DNA of 64,000 nucleotides, from NCBI GenBank assembly GCA_000182565.2, contig KQ257451.1. The stretch is one strand, 5' to 3'. The translations under genes and the position numbers were made by a program. Positions within the stretch are counted from its first letter, which is position 1. Each line of letters starts with the position of its first letter. Shown piece by piece: positions 48,711-60,084 of this stretch. This stretch comes from Spizellomyces punctatus DAOM BR117 (Eukaryota). The notes below the pieces were generated by a model, which made no database searches, was not told the origin of the DNA, and saw only the letters and a program-made list of their open reading frames with translations.

Positions 48711-48941
48711 TTAATCTGTTCCGGTGTGGCGGTACGAAGGCGTTCCGGGGCGTTTGGTACTGGTAACAGTTTCAGTAATCCGGTATCGTGTAATGGTGGC
48801 TTGAACTGTGGCTTGTGGCACAGATTGCTCTCTGGTGCTGTAGCCCTGCTCGTATCCCCCAATGATCTTGCCCCGGATGAAATCTGAGAGTTCAGCGCGA
48901 CGGTGCGGCAGATTTGAAATTTCTTCCATCGTTGCATTCAT
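48711..48941 (-). pseudogene. Tc1/mariner transposase N-terminal HTH fragment
   Basis: RAELSDFIRGKIIGGYEQGYSTRE..VPQATVQATITRYRITETVTSTKRPGTP matches Tc1-like ELS..ERG.IIG..G.S.R.I..P.STV..TI.RY..TG......R.GRP; no DDE domain follows. Confidence 0.7.
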
Positions 48942-50130
48942 TGTGTGGTTGCATTCTTTTCAACGCGTTTTTAAAGCAATTGCTATGGCAGTACGCTATG
49001 CCATTTAACCTAGTCATGCGCTGCTGTGTTTTTTGCTCTAGATTCTGCGCTGTCTGAGTATTACCACTCCACCACCATTAACCACACATGTCACCCATTT
49101 ATGGCACACTGCAACTGAGATGGAACCACGGGCTTAGCGTGACTGGAAAGACGTGTGCAGTGACTGTGCGCCCTGAATTGAGGTAATGCACTATAACCGA
49201 CATACTAGGGTGACTATTGGTTAACGGTGTAGAAGTGGTAAGCACCTCGACTCGAATTGTATCAGTGTTTTTACATAGCAGTGGGTTGAATTTGATGTAT
49301 TTACATAACGAATATATGTGTACAAGTATTCCACTCCATTTTGCTGCGTGCACCTCACAAAAACCCGAGTGTTCCATGCAGGTTCTTCCATTGCGGGTTG
49401 TTGCGGTTGCTCGCCATTTTATAGCTGTTGCTCTGGCGGGATTACACCTAGTTAACGCCAACGTTGGCTATGTTTACTGCTCTGTCTGACCTGTAAACAC
49501 TTTGATACGAGTAAGTAGTGCGAGGGTTGGTCCATATTTCGCGTAATGTATTCTGCATGGTGGTGCCCATCCTTGTATCGGCCATCCAACTGAGAGAATG
49601 ATAGGTTCCCATTGTAAGTCTTCAATAAAAAATAAACACATGTAGCCAAGATCAAACACCCAACAAAACCCCAAAAACCTCTAATCAAAAAAAAAAAAAA
49701 AAAAAAAAAAACTAGACGTATATCTAAAACGTAACTTTTTGTTTCGAAGTGTTCTTTAGAAACAATTTACGCATCCAACTTTCCATCCCTATTTTAGAGG
49801 GGTTTCTCTGATACCCGCACATAAATGGAGGGGTTGTTGTGAATAGGGACCCGACCTATTAGAGAACAACCGGTAGATAAACGGAGGGAGTTGTTAGGAA
49901 TATGGGGACCTGACCTATGAGCAGCACCAGTTCCCAATGGCCCATGTTACTCGAGAACCAACCAATACGCGCATCAGCAGTATTGGTAATGCGGGAACAG
50001 AAATGGCCGTGGAAATATAAAAAGGTGGGCTTTGCTTTTGTTCTTTATTTTCGATATCCTCTAAATAGAGTTGCTCCTCTACGCCCCCATAGATTCACAA
50101 CCTATTGGAAACGTAAACTGATAATTTACC

Positions 50131-51360
50131 ATGAACGCTCTTGTTAAATTCATTGCTGTGCTCCTCGGTGCCTCTACATGTACGTAACAACCCAGGAAGG
50201 AAAAGAAAATAAAAAAGTGGGATATTTGACATTAACAAAACCTTCTCGTTACAGTTCTAACCATGGCATTGGCCGCTGTCATCCAGCCCGAAGCAAACCC
50301 ACTGTCAGGTAAAGTCAATCATATATTCCCCTCTTTTTGTTAACGCTCCCATACTTAAGATTCTTGGATTTCCAGGAGTCAATGCAAAGGCCACGCCCTC
50401 AAGTCCAGGTAAAAAAAAAAAATCGTTATTTAGCTTTGTTTATACGTATCTAACTTACTTGGGAACCGCAACAGCCCCGAAATTCAAGACGCTGGTCATT
50501 GATGGAACGACACATGTATATGATATCTCAACATCCACTCTTGTCTTTGATGCGGTCGCTACGCCTACGGTTACTCCTGCTGCTGCTCTCCAGCCAAAGA
50601 CGGCGGTGGCTCCTCCCAAGCCAAAGGCTCCTCCTGCCCCTGCCCCTGCTCCCAAGGCAAAGGCGGCGGTGTATCCTCCCAAGGCAAAGGCGGCGTTGGC
50701 TGCCCGCGATGATATCCCACAAATCCCTCCAAATCCAGCCCCGACATTCAAGACGGTGGTCGTTGATGGAAAGACATATATACGTCAAGTTTCAAAAACT
50801 CTTGCGCCGACGGTTTCTCCTACCCCTGCTCCCAAGGCAAAGGCAGGAGTGGCTCCCCGCGATGGTCTGCCACAAATCCCAGGTAAAAGTCCTTCCTAGT
50901 ATCCCGGTTCATTACGCCATATCTAACCTACTTGGGAAACCCCAACAGTCCCGAAATTCACAACGTGGGTCTATGATGGAAAGACATATACCCGTCAAAT
51001 TTCAACCACTCTTGCGCCTACGGTGTCTCTAGCTACGTCTACGGTTACTCCTGCTCCTACGGATCAGGTTACGCCGTTGGCTCCCCGCGATGGTCTGCCA
51101 CAAGTCACTCCCAACCCAAAGGTCACCATACCCGTACGTCCAGGTAAGAGATCCTTTTTGTATCTCCCGCTTTGTTAATTATCCCGTATCTGAACTTTGA
51201 TGGGAACCCAACAGCTTCTTCGACTGTGGTCGTTGATGGACAGACACGTGTAATTCTTATTACTCCTGCTCCTGCTCCTCCTCCTAAGGCAAAGGCTTCT
51301 CCTGCCCCTGCTCCCAAGGCAAAGGCGCCGGTGGCCCCCCGCGATGGTCTGCCACAATAA
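50131..51360 (+). CDS. Secreted Pro/Ala/Thr-rich repeat protein C, 6 exons (50131-50179, 50255-50308, 50376-50408, 50475-50882, 50949-51143, 51215-51360)
   Basis: Signal peptide MNALVKFIAVLLGASTFLTMALA homologous to A/B; repeats T(V/L)V(V/I)DGxT...PAPKAKA...APRDGLPQ; all introns phase 1. Confidence 0.75.
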
Positions 51361-52074
51361 ACCCTCCGAATGCATAGGCCAACCGCCATACCCGTACGTC
51401 CAGGTAAGAGATCCTTTCCCTTGTAATCTCCCGCTTGTTAATGCGTATCTGAACTTGATGGGAACCACAACAGCCTCTTCGACGGTGATCGTTGATGGAT
51501 CGACACGTGTAGTTTTTATTGAAACTCCTGCTCCTGCTCCAAAGGCATAGGTTGTGGGGGCCCAAGTTGGCGGTGTTGCTCATCCGCAGTAAGTTATTGT
51601 AGAAAAAGATTATTTTGCAGGAAAAAGATTGCATATGTGTGTATAGGCATGATAATGTTTTTGTGATTTGTTTGTAAGTATATATGTGAAAATAAGATGT
51701 ATGCACCTTTGACTTTTGTGCTGCGAAATGAGATATGCAAACAATGGCCATATGAAATTGTCTTCTTCCTTATATTTTCATGTTGCCAGATATTTGCTCC
51801 TCTTGTTCTAGCTCTTGGACCCGCTACTGTTTAGCTTTTACTGCACGGCACTCTGAAAGGAACGAGGATGCATTCTAAAACAGCATTTATTTCAGAAAAT
51901 AGTAAAAACATGTACAAATCCACACCAAACCAAATACCCAAAACAACGCATCATTTCTCATCCCTCAATCCTTTTTTGCACACAAGAAAAAAAAATCACA
52001 TATGTCTCTATATAATCGTATCCCCTATTTTTAAAACTTTTTTGGCTCATGCATTTGTTACGAATACACGATTT

Positions 52075-53304
52075 CTAATTAACCTTTGTCTGAGATTGAA
52101 CATCTTGACCACTACCACCACGTTTACGCAACTGAGCTTCAGCAGCATACCGAATAGCCCACGTCAATTCATACGTCTTGGAAGCATCTTCCCAACTCGA
52201 GAGGATCCCGCCCGTCTTGCCCGTTCCTTCTCCAATATCCTGTTGCTTGCCCAATTTGACAGCATCGACCAGGACGGCCATTTGAGAGAGGTAGGGATCA
52301 TCCTCGGGGAACGTGTACAATTGCTCAGCGTCGTCCAAGGGAGAGCGAACGTAGAGTTTGGGTTCATTGTAAGGATCAACCATGCGGAGGAACCAACCGT
52401 CGGCATGGACTTCGAGTTCGCAATTGTATTTGGTGCCTTGGAGGTTGATGCCGTGGACAATGGTTCCCACGGCGCCCGACGTGTATTTCCAAATGGCGGT
52501 GGTGATGCGAGGCACGCGATCCTGTGGTGGGATGGAGGATTCGTCAATGGGGATGACAGAGAGGTGGCCGGGGGGTTCGTCGTGTTCGACGGAATGGGCT
52601 TGGACCGAGGAAATCTCCACGTCGCCTCCAAAGTAGCGCGACAAGTCACAAAAGTGGGTGCCTTGTTCGACAATGGGAGAACACGAGATGGATTTCATCC
52701 ACCAGTCCTTTTTGGCAATGTGGGCATAGGAACAAGTGTAGCGGGCCATGGTGGACATGACGGTCAGGTTGTTTTCGGCAATCAATTGCTTCATTTTTTG
52801 AACGACTTGGAGGTAGCGCATAAAGTAACCGACCGAGACGAGGTTGCGGGACGCTTCCAAGTGTTTTCCGACGAGCATGACGTCTTGAACGGATGAGCTT
52901 GACATTGGTTTTTCGACAAAGAGCGTCACGTTGGGGATGGCGTTGGCGAGGGCGAGTTCCATGTCCTTGCCGGGGAGCGTGCTCCCGTGAAATGCGGGAG
53001 GGACGCCAATGAGAATCATGTCTGGCTTGTCTGCGGTTCCAGCGGTCATGTCGTGGAGATAGGCGGGGAGCGAGTCGTACTCTTTGGTGTGCTCATAGGA
53101 GGGGCCTGCGGAAGAGAGGCGTTTGAATTCCAAGACTTGCTGACGGCGCGGAGGAGCCGGGTCAATGATTGCAGTGACGACAAGGTTGTTGCCAAGCGTT
53201 TGTTCCAAGCGTGTCGAGTGGTTCCAAGGCCCTTCGACTGTTCCAAAGTTGATTCCCCCTGCACCTACGAATGCCACCTTGAGGGTGCCCACAACCCCAG
53301 GCAT
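52075..53304 (-). CDS. Gfo/Idh/MocA family NAD(P)-dependent oxidoreductase
   Basis: KVAFVGAGGINFG Rossmann motif, FVEKPMS, VGYFMRY, IVEQGTHFCDL; ATG at 53304. Confidence 0.9.
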   Translation of the reverse strand: MPGVVGTLKVAFVGAGGINFGTVEGPWNHSTRLEQTLGNNLVVTAIIDPAPPRRQQVLEFKRLSSAGPSYEHTKEYDSLPAYLHDMTAGTADKPDMILIGVPPAFHGSTLPGKDMELALANAIPNVTLFVEKPMSSSSVQDVMLVGKHLEASRNLVSVGYFMRYLQVVQKMKQLIAENNLTVMSTMARYTCSYAHIAKKDWWMKSISCSPIVEQGTHFCDLSRYFGGDVEISSVQAHSVEHDEPPGHLSVIPIDESSIPPQDRVPRITTAIWKYTSGAVGTIVHGINLQGTKYNCELEVHADGWFLRMVDPYNEPKLYVRSPLDDAEQLYTFPEDDPYLSQMAVLVDAVKLGKQQDIGEGTGKTGGILSSWEDASKTYELTWAIRYAAEAQLRKRGGSGQDVQSQTKVN

Positions 53305-53729
53305 GTCTATTGTCGCGAGCGTTGTGAGAATTGTGATTGTTGGGTGGGTGGCGAACAAGAGAGAGCGTGCAAGAGTCCCCGTGAGTCGTGCGTGAGTCGT
53401 GTGCGTGAGTTGTGTGAAATGTCCCAAACGATGAGCTGTTTAAAAGAAGAGTCTGATAATAAAAAAACAAGGAGAACAAGGGAGAATACTGCGCAATAAA
53501 AATAAAAAAAAGAAGCGTCTGTGTGTGGATAAAGACGAGAGAAATGCAACAAAATAAAAATTGTAGATATACTCAACACATGCATGAGATAAAAACTACA
53601 AATATAAGAGTGTTGAATATGAGTGAGATACAAGAGTGTGAGAGTGTGAACATGCGAGTATGAATAGATGTGTGATATGATAAAAGGAAAGAGATATTGT
53701 GACAATTCCCCCATATGTTGAGTGAATGA

Positions 53730-53915
53730 ATGAGAGAGAGAGAATAAGCGTCTAGTTGGCAGAGAGAGTAAAGGGTAGAGAGAGAGAGATGAGACTCTTA
53801 TCAATCAACAGCAAATGCACGAGAGAGAGAGAGAATTCCCAAGTGTGAAATAGAGAGAGAAAAGCAATTTCCCCAATAGCCATTTTGTTTTTCCATTTCT
53901 CATCCATTTGAACGA

Positions 53916-53949
<34 letters not shown>

Positions 53950-54176
53950 ACACACACACACATTCATTATAATGACATGGAATCGATATTGCTATCGGTA
54001 TCGCTCACACTCAAACTATTCATATCCATCGTCACTTGGACTATCTCATCAATCTCCATCGCCTCATTAGATTCTTCTTTTTCTTTTTGTTTCAATTCTT
54101 GCATGGGTTGGGTTGGAGATATCGTACTTGTCTTTTTACAGAGCGAGGATTTACAAAGAGAGAGAGAGAGAGAGAG
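53730..54176. repeat. Cluster of (GA)n/(TC)n/(CA)n microsatellites
   Basis: Runs at ~53732, 53778, 53821, 53919-53945, 53950, 54158 in the divergent intergenic region. Confidence 0.85.
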
Positions 54177-54713
54177 CGGGTGGTCAGAAGCCGAACACCT
54201 TACAAGTAAACAAACAAAAAACGTACCGGACTCGGACATCCCCCATAACATCCATAATCGATCCAGTGCAGCATAGAAGGACTAGCAGAAAGACAAAGTT
54301 GCAAGTGTTTGAAATAAAAGTGCATACAAGGAAAAAAGCTCTTTTTTGTTTCTTGAGCCGCTCTATTACGTGATGATCATTCCCCTCCATCACGCGGCCG
54401 AGCAAACAAACGAATCTCCATTCCCCAAAACCTTGCAATGCACCTCAACACTTACCTGCTTGCCAATCGGTTGTGTATCGTTTGCGTATTCGTCTTGCGT
54501 ATCAACCTCACCAGAGAGTGCGTTACTATTTGCATAAAAGGTACGAATTGTTTATGAGATATGAGGGAAATAACCGCTGATTATGTCATCATTCATCACA
54601 TGATGTTATCCAATCAAATCACTTGTCCACAAACTGCGCTTTTCCCATTATTAAGGGAGCTTTTCCCCCCGCATTCCCCCTTTGGCATTGCACATGAAAT
54701 CACACGATTGTCC

Positions 54714-56138
54714 ATGGCTCTAGATTCATTGTCGTCGTTGTCAGAAGAGGTAACCCCTCACCCATCCTCTCCATCTTGTACTGATGCTGATGATGCACAT
54801 GTTTTGTTGTTGACAGAAGTGTTGAGCGGTGCAGAGGTGTTGAATGTTGAGAGTTTGATTGTCGCCGCCGCCGCCGCAACAACACTGGGCGTCGACGATG
54901 CGAGTGTGCTAGGTATCGATGCCAGTCTGCTGGGTCTTGCAGAGGTATTAAAAAATGTGTTGGAGGAGAAAGAGTGGGAGATGCTCATGGACCCTTTTCG
55001 CCAGTCTCGTGGTCAACCTGTAAATGGCCCGCATGACGGGATTGAGACTGTCGACACCTCTCCGTCGCCCATGGAGGCACATGTACCCGAGGATACTCTT
55101 GAGCGTGTCGCGGGTCTGTTTCCGGGATTAGGTGCCCAGGAGGAAGAGGACGTCAATGACCTTTTCAAGGATATCTTGCAATTTGAGGGAGACCTTGATT
55201 CGACAATGGGTGTGGGGGCGGATGCCATCAATCAAGAGACAATCGTTTCCGATGGGAATGTGTCCGAGGCAAATGTGTTTGATGCAATGTTGAACGCAAC
55301 AGTGAGGGACGCCGATACAATGACAAGAGACGCGGACTGGACCGCCAACGCTGTTTCCAGTGACTTGCCAGTGGCCGAATTGCCAGTGGCCGAATTGCCA
55401 GTGGCTGGGTATACATTCGATTCCGACGGCCTTGACAACCTCCTCTCTTCTCCCATGCTCTCTCTATCAAGCGACATGTCGAGCGCCTCTGGCCTCGACT
55501 GGGCATCACCCGAGATCTCTACTGTTCCCGACACGTTCAATCTCCTCACATCCCCCACACTCTCGCTCTCCGATAATGTCTTTGATTGCGGGGGTCTCTT
55601 GACGAACGAATCCTTTTTTTCGAATGGCGACGTCCCTAGCGACACAATGCCCGAGTCGACTGGCAACATGACTACTTTGAAACCGCCTACCGAATCGACC
55701 AGTCAAATTAACACGGACGCCCTCCTCGCTGCCATCTCCACACCCCTCTCTCCCACGCCCACGGTGACGGCCCCTTTTGCCGATCCCCCGACACCCACAC
55801 CCGACGCAATAGCCTCCATCCTCGCCACGATTCTCTCCACCCCTCAGTCCGCCGACGGCCTGTACCACTGCCCCCTCCCCACCTGCGCACGAGGCTTTGT
55901 CCGCCGATACAACCTCAAGACCCATTTTGCAGCCACCCACGCATCCGTACGCAAGTTTGTTTGTCAGTACTGTTGTCGGGAGCCGTTTGCGAGACGATAT
56001 GATTTGCAAAGGCACGTGAGTAATAAGCATGGTGAGAACCCAGACCAAGAGACCAATGCGTGCGAGCATAAGCGAAAACGTGGTGCGCAAGATGATGAGC
56101 ATGATGGGAGGAAACGGAAAGCTGTATGTTGTAAATAG
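54714..56138 (+). CDS. C2H2 zinc-finger transcription factor (two C-terminal fingers, acidic activation region)
   Basis: YHCPLPTCARGFVRRYNLKTHFAATH and FVCQYCCREPFARRYDLQRHVSNKH, then basic NLS; start uncertain (ORF opens 54561). Confidence 0.85.
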   Translation: MALDSLSSLSEEVTPHPSSPSCTDADDAHVLLLTEVLSGAEVLNVESLIVAAAAATTLGVDDASVLGIDASLLGLAEVLKNVLEEKEWEMLMDPFRQSRGQPVNGPHDGIETVDTSPSPMEAHVPEDTLERVAGLFPGLGAQEEEDVNDLFKDILQFEGDLDSTMGVGADAINQETIVSDGNVSEANVFDAMLNATVRDADTMTRDADWTANAVSSDLPVAELPVAELPVAGYTFDSDGLDNLLSSPMLSLSSDMSSASGLDWASPEISTVPDTFNLLTSPTLSLSDNVFDCGGLLTNESFFSNGDVPSDTMPESTGNMTTLKPPTESTSQINTDALLAAISTPLSPTPTVTAPFADPPTPTPDAIASILATILSTPQSADGLYHCPLPTCARGFVRRYNLKTHFAATHASVRKFVCQYCCREPFARRYDLQRHVSNKHGENPDQETNACEHKRKRGAQDDEHDGRKRKAVCCK

Positions 56139-56254
56139 AAAATTGTAGTAATGGATTGCGAATCTCTTTAATTGGATTCCACAAAAAGAAATATAAAGTT
56201 GTCGTCGTTGTTGATCTCTATACACACGGTTTATACAAGGTCTGCCCCCCACCT

Positions 56255-58598
56255 TTATGAATCCATCTCTGTCACCCACCCCACCTTCAACTCCACTTTT
56301 CGAACCTGACACTCTACCAAAGCCCTCACCAAAATCTCCACCTCCTTTTCCTCATACTCTGCACACTGTTTCGCGGATTGAACTGCCGCTTCCAGCGCAG
56401 CATCCACCATGACATCCACCTCAATCTTTTCCGTATTCAAAACACTCAGAGCAGCTTTTGCTGCACACGCCGCAACACCAGGACTCACCACCTGTTCCAA
56501 CACCCCTAAAAGCACCAAAACGGGATTCCCAACATCCCTGAACCACCCCCTCCCATCATCATCAACCATTCTCAACCCCTCCAAAAAACACTCTTGAACA
56601 CTCTTTCCAACTTTTTTGGAAACACTTTCCCAAGACTCGATTCCATCCATTCCATCCAACACTAGACTACGATCCATATCCGTCCATTCCCCCCTCGCCA
56701 AAAGTCTATCTCCAGCAACACGGACAAAATCCTTACTCGACACATCAAACGGGTATTTACCCATCAAGTAACAGTCTTCACAGAATAGAACATGTGGTGG
56801 GTGAACCAGCATGTATGTACACAACTCTGTTTGACATGTATGGCAAGTACGTGATGGATGGTGTGTTGTATGTGGTGTATATACGGTCGTATCGGTATCC
56901 AAAAGGGGTTGGAATCCAGCGTATAGGCGAGTTAGACCGGTAGGTTCTCCTTGTCGAACCCTGGAATGGATTAACCCCCAATACCCCAAAAACCGATGCA
57001 CGGGACAAATATCTAATACAGGTACACCTAACCGCTCACTGCATTCCGCAATGGGTAGATACCGATCCATGCGGCGTGTATAGGCTGTTATGATCCCGTT
57101 TCGAATGGTTTTGTATTCGGTTGGACGGGTCCGGAAGGTGGGGAGGGCGTCATATTCGATTGGGTGGATACTTTCCATGGAGAACCAGGGGGCGTTGGGG
57201 TGATGGAGGATGGTCCATGTCGCAAGATCCGTTGGAGAGGTCTCGGTAGTGAAATCCCATTGTTGGGCGGGTGTGGCGGTTTGAGAGAGTAATGTACCAG
57301 ATGGCATGCACGGTTGGATCGTTTGGGAAATGTTTGAAAGGATACCGTTTGGTATGGGTTCGTATTCGTATTTTTTGGCGCGGATGCCTTTTCGGTCTAG
57401 ATCTATTGGAGTTGTGATGGGGATTGGGAGGGCTTTGGGTGTTGGTTCAAGAGGTGTGTTGGGAGTGGGCTTGGGGGGTTGGTTGTCTTGGCCGTCCATG
57501 TCGCCTTCAATGGATACATCGGACATGTCGTCTTCTTCTTCGTCTTCGATTTCCTCTTCTTCTTCTTCTTCTTCTTCTTCATCATCATCGTCGTCGTCAT
57601 CCTCTTCGTCGTCATCTTCGTCGTCATCTTCTTCATCTTCTTGGTCATCGTCTTCGCCGTCATCAGGTGGCTCCGGATTCTCAGCTTCATAATCTTCTTC
57701 ATTCTACACATATTGGAATCTATCAACAAAAACCCACCACCACCAAAACATTAAACATTCGTAACAAACCATCCACTCATTATTCGCGACACTATCCCTC
57801 AACCACCGGACCGATAACCGCCAAGGTCCCTGATGTTCAGGCGCCGGCTCAGGATCCAAATAATCTCCTGAACTCTCTGGCATCCATACATCGGCTGAAT
57901 CGGGTTTATACCAATAATGCAATAACACGTATCCATTGCGTTTTTCGAGGGTTCGGTACCATTCTTGTTCGGTGGTTGTTGCTGCTGTTTCGTGTTCGGG
58001 GGATTCTTGGAGGATGTGTGTTACGGATGGTGTCATGTAGGGTACAATAGTGGCTACCAAAACACAAAACACCCAGAAAGATATTGTAAATGTTATCGAG
58101 AAAAACTATTGTATACGCATATTTAAAATGGTCATTACCTTGAACCAACGGCGCCAATTCCACCAATTCCTCCCTAACATCCTCCCCCAAAGACTTTCCA
58201 AAAGCAATACAAGGATACTTTACAAACCCCTCACGCACCAAGCCTTCCACAATAACCCTCAACAACCCAATATAAGTATCCCGTTTCGTAGGGTTCTCCA
58301 AATCCCATCGCTTGACTCCATGATCCATCCGCCACGTAAATGCAATCTTGAGTACAGTATACAATGCCCCATCGAGATTAAAATCCTTGAAGAGTTTATG
58401 TGGGATCCGGACGAATGGACGGGTTTTGTTGGGGGACCCGAGAACAGCGTGTTGGAATCCGACGAGTTTTTCAGTGAATTTCGCGAGTTCTTTTGCGGTA
58501 TGGTCTATGGTGATGCTGAGGGAGAGTTTGGAGCGGAGGGGTTCGAATTGGGCGATAATGTCGGGTTGGCGGTAATATGCATACTTTGATGAAGCCAT
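56255..58598 (-). CDS. SWI/SNF-RSC subunit SMARCC/Swi3 (N-terminal MarR-BRCT-chromo module, SWIRM, ZZ, SANT), 3 exons (58598-58139, 58053-57770, 57703-56255)
   Basis: VLLHYWYKPDSADVW..PWRLSVRWLRDSVANNEWM|NEEDY; SWIRM WFSMESIHPIEYDALP..YKTIRN..VHRFLGYWGLI; CxxC..CEDCY..GKYP..SKDF; NPVL..L..VSPGVAA. Confidence 0.88.
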
Positions 58599-58830
58599 TC
58601 AATGGGGGAAGGCTGTGATCTCTTACAAGTCGATATAGCGTTGCATCTACTGTAATGACCGACACCAACTCACACACGCCTAACGCTTAGTCACGTGTCT
58701 AATCGTTGCTACAGCAACAAGGAACGCTTGCCATTGCCAGTGGCCATTGACACTGTCACATCCACCACTCAGATCACCACCAGATCACCACAACCTCCAT
58801 CCACCCTTTACACAACATTTCTCTTCCAAC

Positions 58831-59926
58831 ATGGTACGTTTTTCATTTCCCATTCTCATATCCATTACACTCTAAAAAACTAACCACACCCCAAGGCCCG
58901 AAATGAAGAAAAAGCCCAATCCATGCTCTACCGCTTCCGAGAAGCCCAAGCCGCCGAACTAGGGTTCAAAAAGTCCGAAAAAAGACCCTACCTAGCTTCT
59001 GAAGTACATGTCCTCAAAGACGCTGAAAAATGGCGTCAACAAATCATTCGAGAGATTTCAAAAAAAGTGTCAAAGATTCAGGATTGTATGTTGTGTTTTT
59101 TTCGCTCTATCCATGTTGGCGTATTGGATTTTTTTTATTGATTGATGTATGGGATTTGGATTTTTAGCGGGGTTGACGGATTACCAAGTCCGAGACCTAA
59201 ACGACGAAATCAATAAACTGATTCGAGAGAAACGACATTGGGAGTATCGGATTCGAGAATTGGGTGGACCCGATTACAAAGTCCGTTTATCCACTTCCCT
59301 CAAGACCGTTTGAACGGGTTCACTTATGCTTTTCTTTTGTAGAGAATGGGACCAAAGTTGCTTGATCAGGAAGGAAAAGAAGTTCCTGGGAATAGAGGAT
59401 ACAAGTACGTATATATCAATAACTCGTGTTTGCTACAATGGTTTATTGTTTTAATTGTATCATAAAGGTATTTTGGTCGTGCAAAGGATTTACCGGGTGT
59501 AAGAGAACTCTTTGAACAAGAAGGTATCCATTCTACATTTTATCTTTTCGTAACAATGGCGTTTTCTAATGTCCTTTGTAGTCCCTGAAGCCCCCAAACC
59601 GACCCGACAAGACCTATCCCGACGAGTCGACGCTGATTATTACGGATACAGAGACGAAGAGGATGGGATATTACTTGAATATGAAGCAGAGATATCCAGA
59701 CGGGGTATGTCACAAAAAAACCCCCCGCACCTTACTCATACACTAATTTTTCTTTTTATTAGAACTTGGACAAGTGATGGATACACCACTAACGGATTTC
59801 GTAGCGCATGTTCCCGTCCCATCCCAAAAAGATGTGGAAGCTTGGCTTGTTCGACGACGACAACAGGAATTGGCGGATCGGTTCTTGTCTGATGAACATT
59901 CACTGAGTAAACAAGTCACATCATGA
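58831..59926 (+). CDS. ISY1: Pre-mRNA splicing factor Isy1, multi-exon (first coding exon is ATG only)
   Basis: [94 protein letters not shown]. Confidence 0.94.
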
Positions 59927-60084
59927 GAACCGTTCAATGTCTTTTTTTTGTATTATACTATTTGTTGTAATAAAGAAAATGTATATCACATGAAGAAAGA
60001 AACCAATGAAAACCCCCCAAAAAAACCCCCACTTGGAAAAGCCAATAAAGGGTATCTATACAAAAAAAAAAAAAAAAACACTTT

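Noticed and set aside
49099-49461. Minus-strand ORF with T..G.TC..GFC..H zinc-knuckle-like pattern
   Set aside because: No ATG start or consistent splice model; first Cys missing; could be chance or a decayed fragment.
51868-52896. 342-aa + strand ORF
   Set aside because: Antisense shadow of the codon-biased oxidoreductase; no domain recognised.
52075-53304. Intronless Gfo/Idh/MocA gene as horizontal transfer from bacteria
   Set aside because: Several native genes here are also intronless and the family is common in fungi; no phylogeny available.
57306-58050. Poly-Ser, poly-Phe and poly-Leu/His ORFs on + strand
   Set aside because: Alternate-frame readings of the Asp/Glu trinucleotide tract in the SMARCC gene.
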